This document shows, one piece after another, positions 1 through 14,296 of a stretch of 64,000 nucleotides of DNA (the first letter of the stretch is position 1; the number at the start of each line of letters is the position of its first letter). The notes below the pieces were generated by a model, which saw only the letters and a program-made list of their open reading frames with translations, was not told the origin of the DNA and made no database searches. The DNA is taken from positions 130,735 to 194,734 of the forward strand of contig NW_013657619.1 in assembly GCF_000142905.1 (NCBI RefSeq). The letters are read 5' to 3'. Both the position numbers and the translations under genes were made by a program. Source of the stretch: Thecamonas trahens ATCC 50062 (taxonomy: Eukaryota; Protista; Apusomonadida).

Positions 1-24
1 GCGCTGGCCGAAGCCCAACTTCGG

Positions 25-3000
25 GTGACGGCAGCCGAGGCCGAAGCTGAGGCGCTCCTTGCCCAACTTCGTGGACAGGCCGATGAGGCCGAAGCGCTCA
101 ATGCTGCACTTGCAGCAGAGTGCACAGCTGCACGATCATCGCTCGCTGCTGCCGAAGCCGATCGCGACGCCGCGCTGGTCGAACTCGACGTCGTCCGCCG
201 CGCCGCCGCTGATCGCGCGCATCGCGCCGCCGAACTCGATACCCGCATCGACGAGCTTGACTCCTCACTGAGTGCCGTTGCTCGCGCCGCGCGCGAAGGC
301 TCGGCACTGCCGCATACCTCGGGCCATCACAACGGAAACGCTCTTGCTGAGGAGCGCGCAACACTGGTTGCCGAGCGCGACGCGGCGCGGGCCGAGGCAG
401 ACGCTGCGAGAGTCGAGGTTGAGTCCGCTACCGCACGGGTTGCCGAGCTCGAGGCGCAGGCCTCGCTTCGCGATGCACGGACCCAGGAGCTCGAGGCGCA
501 AGCCTTGGTCGCCCTTGAGACGTCTCGTGCCCGTATTTCCGAACTCGAGGCGCTGACCCTCGAGACAAACGAGTTTAACGCAGCGCTTTCTGCAGAAGTT
601 TCGGAGGCGCGCCATGCCGAGGCCGAGGCTATCTACGAGCGCGACCAAGCGCTGGCGCAGCTTGAAGCCCTTCATGTGACCGCGCGGGCGAGGGCGGAAC
701 AGGCGGCGAAGCTCGATGAGCGGCTAGAGCTGCTTGACACGTCGATCAACACCCAGCTCATGACCGGCGCTGAGCTCGAGGCGGTCATCGCCGAGCGTGA
801 CGGGGTGGCTACCGAGCGCGATGCCGCGCATGTCGCGCTCCGCTCTGCCCGTGCAGAGGTGAACGCCGCTCAGGCCCGCGCCGCCGAGCTTGATGCGCGC
901 GCGCAAGCAATGGAGAGCGCTCACATGGCCAGCTCGGCTCGCGCTGATGAAATGCAGGCGCTTGCGGATGAAGCTGCTGCACTTAATGCCGCGCTTGCTG
1001 CTGAGCACAACGCCGCGGTCACAGCCCGTGCCGAGCTGGAGCACGAGCAGGCTGAGCTTACCGCTCGCGTCGCGGCTCTCTCGTCGGAGCGAAGCGACCT
1101 CCATGCGCGGCTAGAGAAGGCTGCCTCCGAGCGCGAGGCTCTTGTCGCGCAGCTCTCGGGCTCGCAGAGCCCTGTTCAGGCACTGAAGGCTGCAGAGGCT
1201 CAGATTGAGAAGCTCGAGAAGCAGCTCATTGCACCCGAGCAAGCGCTCGCCGATGCCCATGTGCTCTTGGCCGAGCAAGCGCAACGGCTGTGCACGCGTG
1301 ATGAAGAGCTTGCTACCGCGCACATGCGCGTCGGGGAGCTCGAGAGCCTACTTGCCGGTGCCAACACGCGTGTGACAGAGCTCCAGAGCGCACTAGAGTC
1401 ATCCACGCGACCCGAAAGACATAACCTCGACGACAATTCACTTGTTGTCGAGATGGAGAACACGCTGACAGGTGCACATGCCCGCATTGCTGAACTTCTG
1501 GCTGAGCGCGACGGCCTGACAGCTGCGTTGGCGAGACACGAGGCTCGGGCGCGCGAGCTTGAGTCGAAGGTTGCCAACCTCGACTCGTCGCTACACGAGG
1601 TCGCTGAGAATGCCGAGGACAAGGCGCGATCTGAGCTTGCTGACCTCAAGGCAGAGCGCGATGCTGCGGTTGCCGAGCTCGAATCTGTGCGCGCCCAGCT
1701 GGAGCGAGAGCATGCGCTCGGGGAGGAGAAGGTGCGGTCTGCAACAGTCGAAGTCGAGACGCTGCGAGCCGAGCTGGACGAAGCGTCGACGCTCAATGGG
1801 GCACTTGCGGTGGAAAACGCTCGGCTGGCTACGCTCGAAGCCGAGCGCGATAGCCTCGCGCAAGAGAACCAAGCGCTGTGTGAGCGTGTTGGCAAGCTCG
1901 CTGCGCTGCGCGACGATTCTGCCGCAGACGCGCGGAGCCACAAGTCGGAGGCTCTGGAGGCCTCCGCAGTTGCCATCGCTCGTCTCGAGGAGCGGCTTGC
2001 AGCCGAGCAGCAGAGCCGCGAGGTTGTCGAGCGCGAGCGGGCGTCGCTGATAGAGGCCATGGCCCAGACGCGCGAGGCCATGGCAACCGCCATGACCTCC
2101 ATGGAGCGTGAGCGTGAGGCTCACGTCCAGGCGCATGCAGCAGAACTTCGTGAGGCGCTCGCTCAAATGGATGCGCTGGAGTCTGCTAACGTGTCATTGT
2201 CGAACGAGGCCGAACGGGCGCGCCTTGATGCTTCGGCCATACATGAGCGCAGCGATCGCGAGTCTGAGACCCGGGTGGAGTTTCTTGAGGCCGAGGTTGT
2301 CCGCCTTCTCGGTGAGGTGGCTAGCGCGCGTTCTGACGCCGCTGCAGCTGCTGCCGATACGACGCCCGCTGCTGATCCCACTCTAGACGGTGCTACCGTA
2401 GAGGAACTTCAGGCCCGCCTTGCCCACCACCAGGCGAGTGCTGAGCAGTACCAGGCTCGTGTCCTGAGTGTTCTTCGCGGTGCCGAAGCGCTTGTGGACG
2501 GCCCTATCAACTCGATCGCTGACGTCCTGCGTGCAATGTCTGCGCTAGAGCTCGAGCGCGACATGGCACGTGACTCGCTGGCTTCGCTTCGCGAGCACGC
2601 TGCTAGCTCAGACGCCGAGTTGGCCCGGACCAAAGCTCAGGCAGCGGTCCTTGGTGACAAGCTCGAGGTTGCGCTCGCAGAAAATGCCACGCTCCAACAT
2701 CTTGTGACTCGGCTCCAGTCCGCGCTGGCTGAGGAAACCGCGCGGTGGAGCGAGGCTGCCTCTCGCGAGCGCTTTGCGCGCGCTTCAGCCGACTCTTCAT
2801 GGATCTCGCGCCTCGACGATATGGGCGAGCAGCTCGATGCTTCGCTCGCCGCCAACTCGACCCTCTCGCACGAAGAACACATGCTGCGAGGGCAAGTCGA
2901 CGATCTTCAGGCCGTCGTCCGTGGAGCCCATGGCTCTCTAGACGCACACCTTGAGACCTTGCAGCAGATGCGGGCGTTGGCTTGTGAGTTTGTGGCGCCT

Positions 3001-6000
3001 GCGGAGCCTGGCGATGTTTCGCAGGACATTGCCGATCAGGCTCGCGAAGTGGAGGCCGGTATGGCAGAGCTCGAGGCCGCGCTGCTGGAGGCCCGCCACT
3101 TTTCGCTCTCGTCATCGTCTGTGGCCACACTCTCGGATGCCTCGTTGGTGAGTCATGAGTCGCACATTGGCGTGGCTGCTAGCGACGATCGGGCTACCCA
3201 GCTGGAGGTCGAGCTTGCCGAGCGCAATCGCCTCATTGCTGATGTTGTGGCCGAGGTGCGTGGCACACTCGGACTCCGCCAGGTCGAGGTCGCCCGGGTT
3301 GTCCGCGCTGCTGTCGAGCTCATCGACGCGCGCGCACCTGACGCTGGGATCCGGGCTGAGGTCGTTGAGCTCCGTGGCATGCTTGAAGCCGAATCCATGC
3401 GGTTTGAGACCGCTCGGGCTCGTGCTGTAGACGCAGTGTTTGCGGGCAAAGAGGCTGAGCTAGAGGAGACTCTGGCCGAGGTTTCTGCCCAGCTTTCGGC
3501 GCGCGATGCTGAGCTTGCTGCTACGGTGTCCTCGATGCGTGCTCAGGCTGCACGAGTGACCGAAGCTGCCAATGTCGCAAGAGCACTGGTTGATGCCGGT
3601 ATGCCTGACGAGGGCCTTCGGACTGAAGTCCTTCGACTCTCCGAAGCACTCGAGGTAGCACAGGCGGAGGCTATCGATGCGCTGCTTGTTCAGGACGATG
3701 CCGACTCGTCAGCAGATAGTGCAATCTCGTGTTCAGGAAGTGCGGTGTCAGACATTGCCCCGCCTCTTCCTCTTGAAGGGCTCGCCTCTGACACTCCCGA
3801 GTCTGACGGTGCTCGGCGCGATGCTGACCGCGAGCTTGATGCTCTTTGTATCGAGCTGGCAGCTGCGCGTGGTGCCGAGGCCAGTGCGCGGGCTCGTTTG
3901 GAGGCTGTTTGTGGAATGTTGCGGATGCACTTGGATAGCCTCGCGGCTATCGCGGTCGCAGGTGGGGAGCTTGTGGAGGCTGGGGCTGCCGGCGAATTGC
4001 TTCGAGATGAGGTTGTCCGGCTGGCGGATGCGCTGGAAGCAGCTCGTGCCCAGGCAGTCAACGAGGTCTTTGCGAACGGCCAAGATGGCGACGAGGCTCG
4101 GGATGAGCTTAATGCCGAGTTGGCACTCTCGCGAAAGCGAGAAGAGGTTCTGGAGAACCGGCTAGAGGCGATGGGTCTCGAGCTGGCCGAGTCGACAGCC
4201 AAGGTTGCTGCGCTTGAGGCCAGCGTCGACGAGCTGGTCGTGGAGGCTGATGAGCTCAAGAGGCGCGAGACCGAGGCTGCCGATGCAGCTGGAACTATGG
4301 CCCACGAATTGGACGAAGCTGAGGCTTCTGTGGCGATTCTGCAAAATGAGCTGTCGGTCTCGCGCAAGCGGGAAGAGGTGCTCGAGACCCGGCTGGAAGA
4401 GACGTGCCTTCAGCTGGCTACGCTGAGTGACGACACAGTCGTGATGCGTGACAGTGTGGTCGACACGCTGCGGGCACGGCTGGCGGTGCTGGCCGAAGCC
4501 GCCGCGGCTGCAGATGGTCTCATTGTCGCAGGGGGCGAACCGGTTGATGCGCTTCGGGATGAAGTTGTCCGACTGGCGGATGCGCTGGAAGCAGCTCGTG
4601 CCCAGGCAGTCAACGAGGTCTTTGCGAATGGCCAAGACGGCGACGAGGCTCGGGATGAGCTTGATGCTGAGTTGGCACTCTCGCGAAAGCGAGAAGAGGT
4701 TCTGGAGAACCGGCTAGAGGCGATGGGTCTCGAGCTGGCCGAGTCGACAGCCAAGGTTGCTGCGCTCGAGGCCAACGTCGACGAGCTGGTCGTGAAGGTT
4801 GATGAGCTCGAGAAGCAAAAGGCTGAAATGGCGAAGCGTTTGGCTGCCCTGCAAGACGAGCTGGGCGAGGCTCGCGAACACAAACGTCTCCTCGAGGCGC
4901 GGCTGACGAAGTCTGGTGTAGAGCAAGCTGCGCTGGGAAAGGACTTGGTCGGTACTCTGCGGGCAAGACTTACAGTTGTGGCTGAAGCGGCCAATGCGGC
5001 AGGCGATCTTGTCGCGGCCGGCATTGTCGATGAGTTGCTTCGTGGCGAAGTTGATCGGCTGACCGTAGCGCTGGAGGCTGCGCGCGCCCAGGCTGTCAAC
5101 GAGGTGTTTGCGGGTGAAAAGCCCAGTGATGAGACTGATCCGGAGCTTGAAGCTGAACTGCTTCTCTTGCGGGAGCGAGAGGCGGAACTGGAGAACAAGC
5201 TAGAGGTGGCTGATCGTGAGCTGGCTGAGTCGACCGCCGAGGTTGCTCGGCTTGAGGCCGAGATTGGCGAGGCCAAGGCGCGCGAGGCCGCGGTCACCGC
5301 AGATTTGGCCGCGACGAATGCCGAGCTAGTGGAAGCCCGCTCAGCGCTGGGTTCAGTGGTTGTCGTTGACGATACGACAGTAAGTGCACGGCTGGATGAC
5401 TTTAATGTGAGCAGCGATGATGATGGTGACGATAATAACGAGCTGGAGCCTGGCGAGTCGATGCTGGACGTGAGCGAACTTCGGGAGACACTCGGAGATG
5501 CATGTGAGGATGCCGAGGACCGGCTGGTCCAAATCCGCCGGATCATGCGCGTGGCCGGCGAGCTGGTCGAGTCATGGGCAATGCCTAACGAGCGGCTGCG
5601 CAACGAGATCGCCGAGCTGCGTGAGGAGCTGGCGGTGCGTGCACAGCGGGAGCACCTCTCGCTTGATGAGTTCAACCTGAGTGACGAAGAGCCCGGGTTT
5701 GACGTCAGCGATTCGTCCTCGGTCTCGTCGCTTGAGTGTTCGATTGCGGACACGCCGGTCGTCCGCCGGGCTGCGGTCGCTCTCGCACATGCGTCGCCGC
5801 AATCGCCAACCGTTGCACTTCCTGCCGCCGGCAGTGCCTCTGAGTTGGATGTGTTGCGGGTGCAACACGCGCGCCTTTCCGATTTGCTTGCAGCGCTGAT
5901 GGCGACCGAGGGCAGTGAGGCAGGGGCTGCAGCGGTGGCACAAATGGAGGAGCTCGCAGCCGAGAATGCACGCCTCCGCCATGACAGAGGACTCTTGTCG

Positions 6001-9000
6001 GACGCTGAAGCTGGATTCCGAGCACGCGACGCTGGAAGCGAAGCTGAGCTAGCCAAGGCAGCGGCCAAAATTCGGATGCTGGAGGACACGCTGAAGGAGG
6101 CGAAGACCGAGGCCGATGCCGAGCGGACCTTGATGACACGACGTGGTATCGCCATGGCGGAAAAGTTCGAGTCCGCCCAGAAGCTTCTCCGCCAGTACCT
6201 CGAGTCCGAGCAGGCCGGTGAGGCGTCAACGACGCGGCTTGTTGAGCAGCTGACTGAGGACAAGCTTGCGCTTGAAGGCCAGCTGGAAGATGCCAAGGCC
6301 AAGTCAAGGCAAGCCATAGGTTTGGAGCGCAAGCTGGCTGAGGCACAGATGGAGCTCCAGGTGAATGCACGCAAGTACGAGGCGCGTCTTGTGGCGCTGG
6401 AGGCCAAGCACTTGCGGGTGAAGAGCATGCTAGAGACCGTGCTGGAGCGCGAGGACGGGACCGCAAACAACGTGCTGGTGGCAAACGTCGAGTCGCTGCT
6501 GGACGAAATCGCCGAGCTGCGCGGCCAGAACGATGCGCTTTCGCGCAGCATTCTGAACACGCCGTCTGGACCACCAGACGCGATTCTTATGCCGATGCGG
6601 TCGGCAATGTCGTCGGAAGCGTCACGTGAGCATCTGCGGGAGCGGTACGAGGTTGTCTCGGAAGAGAAAGCGCGCTTGGAGGGCGAGGTGACGCGACTTG
6701 GCGAGGCACTTTCTGCACACGAGGCTGCGCTCTGCGCGTTGGCTGAGGAGCACAAGGCGGCGCAGGCGGCGCGTGGCGACGTAGACACGGAGACGATGCG
6801 GCTCCAAGAGGCCAATTCGCGGCTCCGTGACCAGCTTGGGAGGCTCAATGCCGACCTTGCCGAGGCGCACGGCGCAGTAGATGAGGCGCAGGCCAAAGCC
6901 AACGAGGCGCTGCGGCAGGCCGCGGCCGCCGAGGCTGACCTTGCTGCCGAGCGCGAAGCCGGTGAGCTACGTGAAGAGCGGCTTGCGGCGCGGCTCAATG
7001 CGCTGATGGAGAAGTTTTATGTGGTCCAGAGCGCGCTGGCGTCGTATGCAGACGACGAAGAGTCTGGAGCGGAGAAGCTGAGCGCACAACTGGTGCGGCT
7101 ATCGTCGGAAAAGTCGCAGTTGGAAGAGGAGCTTGCGGCAGCCGAGGCGCAGGCGCAGCAGGGCATTCTTTTGGAGCAGAGGCTGCAAGAACGCGAGCGT
7201 GAGGTCGAGGCCCGTGACGGGCGGTATGAGGCCAAGATCTCGGCGCTAGAAAACCGACTTAGCCAGTTGATGAGTCTTGTGGCGCAGGCACTGGAGGGTG
7301 AGGACGCGGCCGGGTCGATTGTGGAGCGGGTTGGGTTCCTTGCGGAGGAGAACGAGGCGCTGCGCCACGAGAACGAGCAGCTGCTGGGCGTGGTTCGCCT
7401 ACAGGACATGTCCGGGCGGACGTCGTCGGATCACGAGGCGCTGGACCGGCTGGCCATGGACGAGCAGTTGTCGCGGGCGCGGGCACGGATTGCGATTGCC
7501 GAGAGTGCCAAGGTGGAAGCTGAAGTGCGCGCCGAACAGGCGCGAGCGCGCGCACTTGCCCTGGAAGAGGCTGCCACCGGACGATTTGAGGACTCGGGGC
7601 TAGCCGATGAGTTAGAGCGGCTACAAGTGATGTGGCGCGAGAGCGAGGCGAGCAAGACAGAGCTCGAGGTCGAGGTGGCCAAGATGGAGGCGCGAATCCG
7701 GGCCAGTGCAGCAGACACAGCTGCGCTATCGCGTGTCCGGACCCGGCTGGAGGTGGCAGAGGGCGAGTTGGTCGAGTCACGTCAGCGACGCAAGAATGCC
7801 GAGGTCCGGGCTGCAGAGCTCGAGGTTATGCTCGAGCGCGCAAATGACCACATCACGCGCCTCGAGCGAGCCGTCGGGTCTGGGGATGATGCTGCGGAAG
7901 CCGATGCTGCCTCCGTTTCGGTGCTCGAAGCCATGCTGGAGGCCAAGGAGGGCGCGCTCGCAGATGCCGAGGCTGCGCACAAGCAAGTGGTGGACGCGCT
8001 CGAGAGCGCGCTTGCGGATCAGGGCCGGGTGTTGTCACGGTCGAACGCGGCCCGCGCCGAGCTTCAAGTCCATGTGGGTGAGCTTGAGGCGCGGCTAGCC
8101 GAGCTGAGCGGCGCACCAAAGGTAGTGCTGACTCCCGAGGATAGCGTGGAGGTCCGGCAAGAGGATGTGGATGTCGGCAAGATGACTGCGCTCAAGGCGT
8201 CGCTGCTCGAGAAAGAGGCAATCATCAAGTCGCTGCGAGCTGAGGCCGAGCGGCAAGCAAGCACCGCAGCGGAGCGGATTGCTTTTCTGGAGAATGTAGG
8301 TGCCGCCGCCGAGCCGTGTGCTGTCGCCGACAACAAGGAGCCCGATGCCATAGTTGTGGAGTTGGAGGCTTTGCTGGCGACAAAGGTGGAAGAAGTCGAT
8401 GCCGCTGTCGCCAAGAACGGTGAGCTGGAGGCCAAGATCAAGAACTTGGAGTCCAGAGTCGAAGAGCAGAGTATGACTGTCGGTGAGGTCGAGTCTGTCC
8501 TGCGCGACGAGCTTACGTTAGAAAAGGCAAGGTTGGAGACATTGAGGCTGTGGTGATCAGTCTCGAGGCCTCGCTTGCAGAGAAGACTTCTGCGATCACA
8601 ACTTTGGAGGCCGAGGTCAAGAAGATGGAGGCCGCCGTCGCCGCACACGAGGTCATGCTGGAGGATGAACGGAGCGCTTCGGCTTCCAAGATCGAGGAGC
8701 TCGAGACTGTGGTGACTGGGCTTGAGGCCTCACTGGCGGAGAGGACCAGCTCAATCGCCACACTCGAGGCCGAGGCCGAGAGGATGGAGGCCGCCGTCGC
8801 CGCACACGAGGCCACGCTGGAGGATGAACGGAGCACTTCGGCGTCCAAGATCGAGGAGCTCGAGACTGTGGTGTCTGGACTCGAGGCCTCACTGGCGGAG
8901 AAGACCAGCTCAATCTCCGCACTCGAGGCCACGCTGGAAGATGAACGGAGCATTTCGGCGTCCAAGATCGAGGAGCTCGAGACTGTGGTGACTGGACTCG

Positions 9001-12000
9001 AGGCCTCACTGGCGGAGAAGACCAACTCAATCGGCACACTTGAGGCCTCGTTGGAGGATGAACGGAGCGCTTCAGCGTCCAAGATCGAGGAGCTCGAGAC
9101 TGTGGTGACTGGACTCGAGGCCTCACTGGCGGAGAGGACCAGCTCAATCGCCACACTCGAGGCCGAGGCCGAGAGGATGGAGGCCGCCGTCGCCGCACAT
9201 GAGGCCACGCCGGAGGATGAACGGAGCACTTCGGCGTCCAAGATCGAGGAGCTCGAGACTGTGGTGACTGGACTCGAGGCCTCACTGGCGGAGAAGACCA
9301 ACTCAATCGCCACACTCGAGGCCAAGGCCGAGAGGATGGAGGCCGCCGTCGCCGCACACGAGGCCTCGTTGGAGGATGAACGAAGCGCCTCAGCGTCCAA
9401 GATCGAGGAGCTCGAGACTGTGGTGACTGGACTCGAGGCCTCACTGGCGGAGAAGACCAACTCAATCTCCGCGCTTGAGGCCTCGTTGGAGGATGAACGG
9501 AGCGCCTCAACGTCCAAGATCGAGGAGCTCGAGACTGTGGTGACTGGACTCGAGGCCTCACTGGCGGAGAAGACCAACTCAATCGCCACACTCGAGGCCG
9601 AGGCCGAGAGGATGGAGGCCGCCGTCGCCGCACACGAGGCCACGCTGGAGGATGAACGGAGCGCTTCAGCGTCCAAAATCGAGGAGCTCGAGACTGTGGT
9701 GTCTGGACTCGAGGCCTCACTGGCGGAGAAGACCAACTCAATCGCCATACTCGAGGCCGAGGCCGAGAGGATGGAGGCCGCCGTCGCCGCACACGAGGCC
9801 TCGTTGAAGGATGAGCGGAGCGCCTCAGCGTCCAGGATCGAGGAGCTCGAGACTGTGGTGTCTGGACTCGAGGCCTCACTGGCGGAGAAGACCAACTCAA
9901 TCGCCACACTCGAGGCCGAGGCCGAGAGGATGGAGGCCGCCGTCGCCGCACACGAGGCCTCGTTGAAGGATGAGCGGAGCGCCTCAGCGTCCAAGATCGA
10001 GGAGCTCGAGACTGTGGCGAGTGGACTCGAGGCCACGCTGGTGATGAAGACTACTTCGATCGAAACCATGTCGCGAACGATCCAGCAAGTTGAGCACGAG
10101 CGCGATGATACCGTGGCCCAAGCCGAGCGGCTTGAGGCCGAGCTGCGGAGGGCAATTGCAGCCCGCGACGCCCGTGACGCTGACCTTCTTGCTCTGGAGG
10201 ACGAGCTGACGACGGTGCGAAACTCGCTCCGTGACGCCCGCTCGCAGGCGGCAGCCGCACAGACTGCATGTGACGATGCTGTATTTGAAGCCGAGTCGCT
10301 CACCTCGCGGCTCGAGGCTGAGCAGGCGCGGCTAGCAAAGACCCAAGACGAGCTGGCTGCCACCACTGAGCGTGCCGATGAGGCCGACCGCATTCTAGAG
10401 CGGTCGGCAGCTGCCATGGCTGAAGTTGACGACCTGCGGACGAGCAACACGGCGCTACTTGCCGAGATTGCGCAGCTCTCGGCTGAGGCCGAGGACCGTG
10501 TCGCCGCTGCCGTCGCTTGCCAGACCGAGCATCTCGAGGCCGAGCGCGACTCGCTGGCGTCGGCAAACGCTGCTCTGCAGAGCCAGACCGAGTCGCTACG
10601 GCTCGACCATGAAGCCTCGCTGCAAGTCTCGTCGTCAACTATTCTCGAGCTGGAGGACGCCAAGACTGAGCTGGAGGCCAAGCTGGATGCTGCCCGCGGC
10701 GAGCGCGATGCGGCGCTAGCACTGCAGGACGAGCTGAAGGAGGCACAAGCCGGGATCGAAGCCGACCTCCGCAAGCTCGCCGAAGAGCAAGCAACCAAGG
10801 TTGACGAGCTGCAGACGCAGCTAGCGCTCGCTGAGGAGACCGTCATGGTCCATGCAGCCGTGCTCACCGCCCGCGACCGCGACCTTGCCGACGCCCGCGC
10901 ACAGCTCGAGGCAGCTCATGCCGACCTGGAGCAGATGGCGGTGCTCGGCAAGGAACTCAGCGCCAAGGCTGCCGCTGCCCAGCGCGCGGAGGCGGCGGCT
11001 GTGCAGCGCGCCGAGCGCGCCAAGGCTGCCGCCCAGGACGCGCAGCTGCAGGCCGAGGCCATCACCTCATCGCGGAGCTCGCTGCTGGCAGATCTCCACG
11101 CGGCTCAAGCGTCACTGGAAGACTCGCGTACCGAGGTGGCCAAGCTGCGGGTAGAGGTTCAGCGCTTTGACGCCGAGCTGGCCACCGTGCGTGCCCAGAA
11201 TGCCTCGCTCACCTCAGAGCTCGATGCCGAAATGATCCACGGGGCCAAGCTTCAAGAGCAAGTCAACGCCATGCACGGACTGCGGACCCAGTCGCTCAAC
11301 GCCGAAGCAACCGCCGAGGATCTACGCCGGACGCTCGAAGCCGAGACACTCGCGCGCGAGGCCGCCCAGGACGACGCGGTCGCACTCCGTGACCGTCTTG
11401 CTGCCGCCACCCGCGAGCTCACTCAGTCGCGGGCAAGCTGTGCCGATGCAATTCGCGACCGCGACGCGCTTCAGGCACGGCTGGACGCTGCACTTACACT
11501 GCAGTCGACGGTTGAGGCTCGATGCACCCGTCTTGCGACCGAGGCCGATGCCGTGCCGCAGCTCCGCAAGGAGCTGCGCATGTTGCAGCGAAGCGTTGAT
11601 GCGGCCCAGGCCGAGAATCGCGAACTCGAGCGTGCCGTCGAGGCTCAGCGCGAGCGAGTCCAGGCCGAGCGCGCGTCGGCTGCAAGCGCCGTATCCGAGC
11701 GGACAGCGGCGCTAGCAGAGGCCGAGCGAATGCGGATCGAGCTGCAGACGGCCGAGGCTGCTCTTGCCGCCGCTCAGGCGGCAGCTGCTGACGCCCGCGC
11801 CGCCGCCGACGAGGTTACTGTCGCGCTTGTCGTGCGCGACGGCGACCACGCGTCGGCGGTCACAGCTGTCGAGACTCAAATTGCGGCCGCCCGCGCTGAG
11901 GCGCAGGCCGCGCTCGAGGCCGCGGACGCAGCCGAAGGCCGAGCCGCTCAGAGCGCCGCCCGAGTCGCTGCCGTCCAAGCCGAGCTCGCTGCCAAGGACT

Positions 12001-14069
12001 CTGGTCTTGCCGAGCTCCGAGCCTCGCTCACTGCTGCCCGCAACGAGCTTTCGGCAACGCGGGTTGCGCTCTCGGGGGCACAGGCCGAGGCCGAGCGCGA
12101 TGCCGCTGCCGCGGCTGCTTCTGCTTCGCAGCTGGAGCAGACCAAGGTGCAGCTGGACGAGCAGATGCAACTTCTAGAGGCTGCAGATGAGCGAGCTGCA
12201 CGGGCCGAACGGGCGCAGGGAGTGGCTCGCGCCGAAGCCGAGTCGGCGCGAGCCAAGGCAGTGTCTGCCGCCTCTGATGCCGCCCGTCTACGCGACGAGC
12301 TCGACACTGCGCGTCAGGCCGCCGCTGAGGCCCGGGTCGAGTTTGAGCTTGCTGACGCAGCCCGCGAGGAGGCTGTGACTTCTGCCGACGCGCTTGTGTC
12401 GCGGGTGCAAGTCCTGGGCACACAGTTGAAAGAGGCCCGCGTCCAGCTGCAGGCTGCGTACGACGAGGCAGCGGTGGCCAAGAGCGCGGCGGCGGAGCGC
12501 GAGCAGGATCTCCGCAACGAGTCCCAGTCGGAGATCCGCCGCCTCGAAGCCGCGCTCGAGCGCGCGCAGGCAGCAGCTGTGCAGGCAGCCGACACCGCTG
12601 CAGCCCAGACGCAGTCGGACATGCAAAGCCAATGCTCCGAGGCCGACGTCGACGCGGTGCGTGAGCGGATGAAGGACCAGTACGAGAGCCTGCTGAGCCA
12701 GGTCAAGGGCGCGCACAAAGCGGCTGCCGCCAGATCTGCACAACGAATTGCCGACTTGGAGGCGCGGCTGGAGGACGTTGAGCGAGCGGCCGACGAGGCC
12801 CGCATGGCCGCGCGCGCCGCACAGGAACGAGGCTCGGGGGCGCCGCACAGCTTGCGCCTCTCGGCCGCAGAGCTGGAGGAGATCCGGCAGGCGCTGGCAG
12901 CCGCGCTTGCCGACACCGAGCTCTCGGCTGAGATTTGTGTGCATGTCGAGGCGCTGGAAAGCAGCCTTGTGCCGCTGCAGCGGCTGCTTGAGCAGGCCGG
13001 AGCCGGGCGCGAGACTGGCGAGCTTGACGCTGACCTAGTGGTGGCAAGCGCCGCCGAGGGCCGCGGCCCAAGCCCAGCGTTTGTGGTCGAGATCGACGCC
13101 GAAGGCGATGAACCAGCAGCGCTGGTGCGGATGCTGGCCGCGCAAATGGAGGCCGAGGCGGCGTTTCTGGCAGGCGAGTCGAGCCGACTGGCCAAGGCCG
13201 GCATGGGCGTGTCGGACGAGTTGGTCTCGACGCTTCACAGCTTGCTTGCCGAGAATGCGCAACTGCGTGCTGCAGTTGCAGCGAAAACCCGGGCGCTGGA
13301 GGATGCGGCGGAAGTCGGCGGTCGTGCGGCTGAGACGAGGATTGCTCAGCTGTTGGAGGAGCGCAGCGCGCTTGCGGTCAAGCTTGCCGAGGCGCAGAGC
13401 GCAGTGCAGGCGTCCGACCGTGCCACACAGGGCGCGGTACGCAAGGCGCTCGTGGCTCAGGCCGAGCAGGCCGAGCGCGAGCGGGCCCGCGCGCTAGCCA
13501 AGGTCGACGACGCGGCGATGGCGCACATTGCGCGTAATGCTGAGGCGATGGCATTAGTGCAGGCACTGGCAGCCGGAAGCCAGCCGGGTGGGTTGTCGCG
13601 GGCAGCGCGTCTGGTGGCCGACGAGGTGGCGCCTGCGGTCGATTCGCGCGAGGCCGATGCCGCGCGGAAGTGGAGCCAGGCCGAGGCGCGATACTCTGCC
13701 CACGTCGGCCAACTTGAGACCGAGCTGGCACGGCTGCAGGCCAAGCTGACTGGCACAGCTGCGCCTGACGTTGCCGATCTTCTCTCCCAGCTTCACCTGG
13801 AGCAGCAGGCGCGGGTCCACGCGCAGGCCGAGGCTACGGCGCAGCAGGCCGCCGGCGCTCGGCTCAAGACCGACATGCTTCGCGAGATCTCGCGTCTCCG
13901 CGTCAAGCTGCAGCAAGTCCAAGTCCGATTCCTCGAGCTCGAAAACGAATCCCAAGCCGAGACACTTGCCCTCAGGGTCAAGCTCCATCATGTCCTTGAC
14001 GACTCTGACATCGACGCCCGCGTGATCTCCAGCCCTTCTGCGGTGACCAGCGCGCTTCATCTACGGTAA
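25..14069 (+). CDS. Giant (>4600 aa, 5'-truncated) coiled-coil protein; the two ORFs 25-8556 and 8550-14069 are one gene split by a -1 frameshift at ~8522-8527
   Basis: Continuous A/E/L/R heptad composition. Adding one base to GAAAAGG gives LRDELTLEKGKVGDIEAVVISLEA, in exact register with the downstream repeat LEDERSASASKIEELETVVTGLEA. The frame is open from the window start. Confidence 0.8.
3998..4810 (+). repeat. Internal ~250-bp near-identical duplication in the coiled-coil gene (~4000-4255 and ~4550-4810)
   Basis: Both copies encode LRDEVVRLADALEAARAQAVNEVFANGQDGDEARDEL...ELAESTAKVAALEA; more diverged copies lie near 3350-3450 and 5040-5250. Confidence 0.9.
8550..10040 (+). repeat. Coding minisatellite of 159-bp (53 aa) and 117-bp (39 aa) units
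   Basis: EDERS/KDERS units start at 8661, 8820, 8937, 9054, 9213, 9372, 9489, 9648, 9807 and 9966 (spacings of 159 or 117). Confidence 0.95.
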
Positions 14070-14296
14070 CCAACGTAGCCAACTCAATCCAAACAGCAGA
14101 CAGAGCCCATCATTGATCCCTCCCTCTCCTTCCCCCTCCCCCTCCCCCCCTCCCCCCCCCCCCCCCCCCGCCCCGACCCGCGACCGCCAGTCGGTGACCC
14201 GCTCCGGCCGGCCAGTGAGCCGCTGTCGGCCAGCAAGCCAGCCAGTTCCGCAGCAAACAGCAAGCCAGCACTTGACGTCCTCCCCTCTCCAGCCGG

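Noticed and set aside
4410-10867. Long antisense ORFs (862, 784 and 432 aa) and many similar shadow ORFs
   Set aside because: Expected mirror frames of GC-rich coiled-coil codons; Ser/Ala/Arg low complexity with no motifs.
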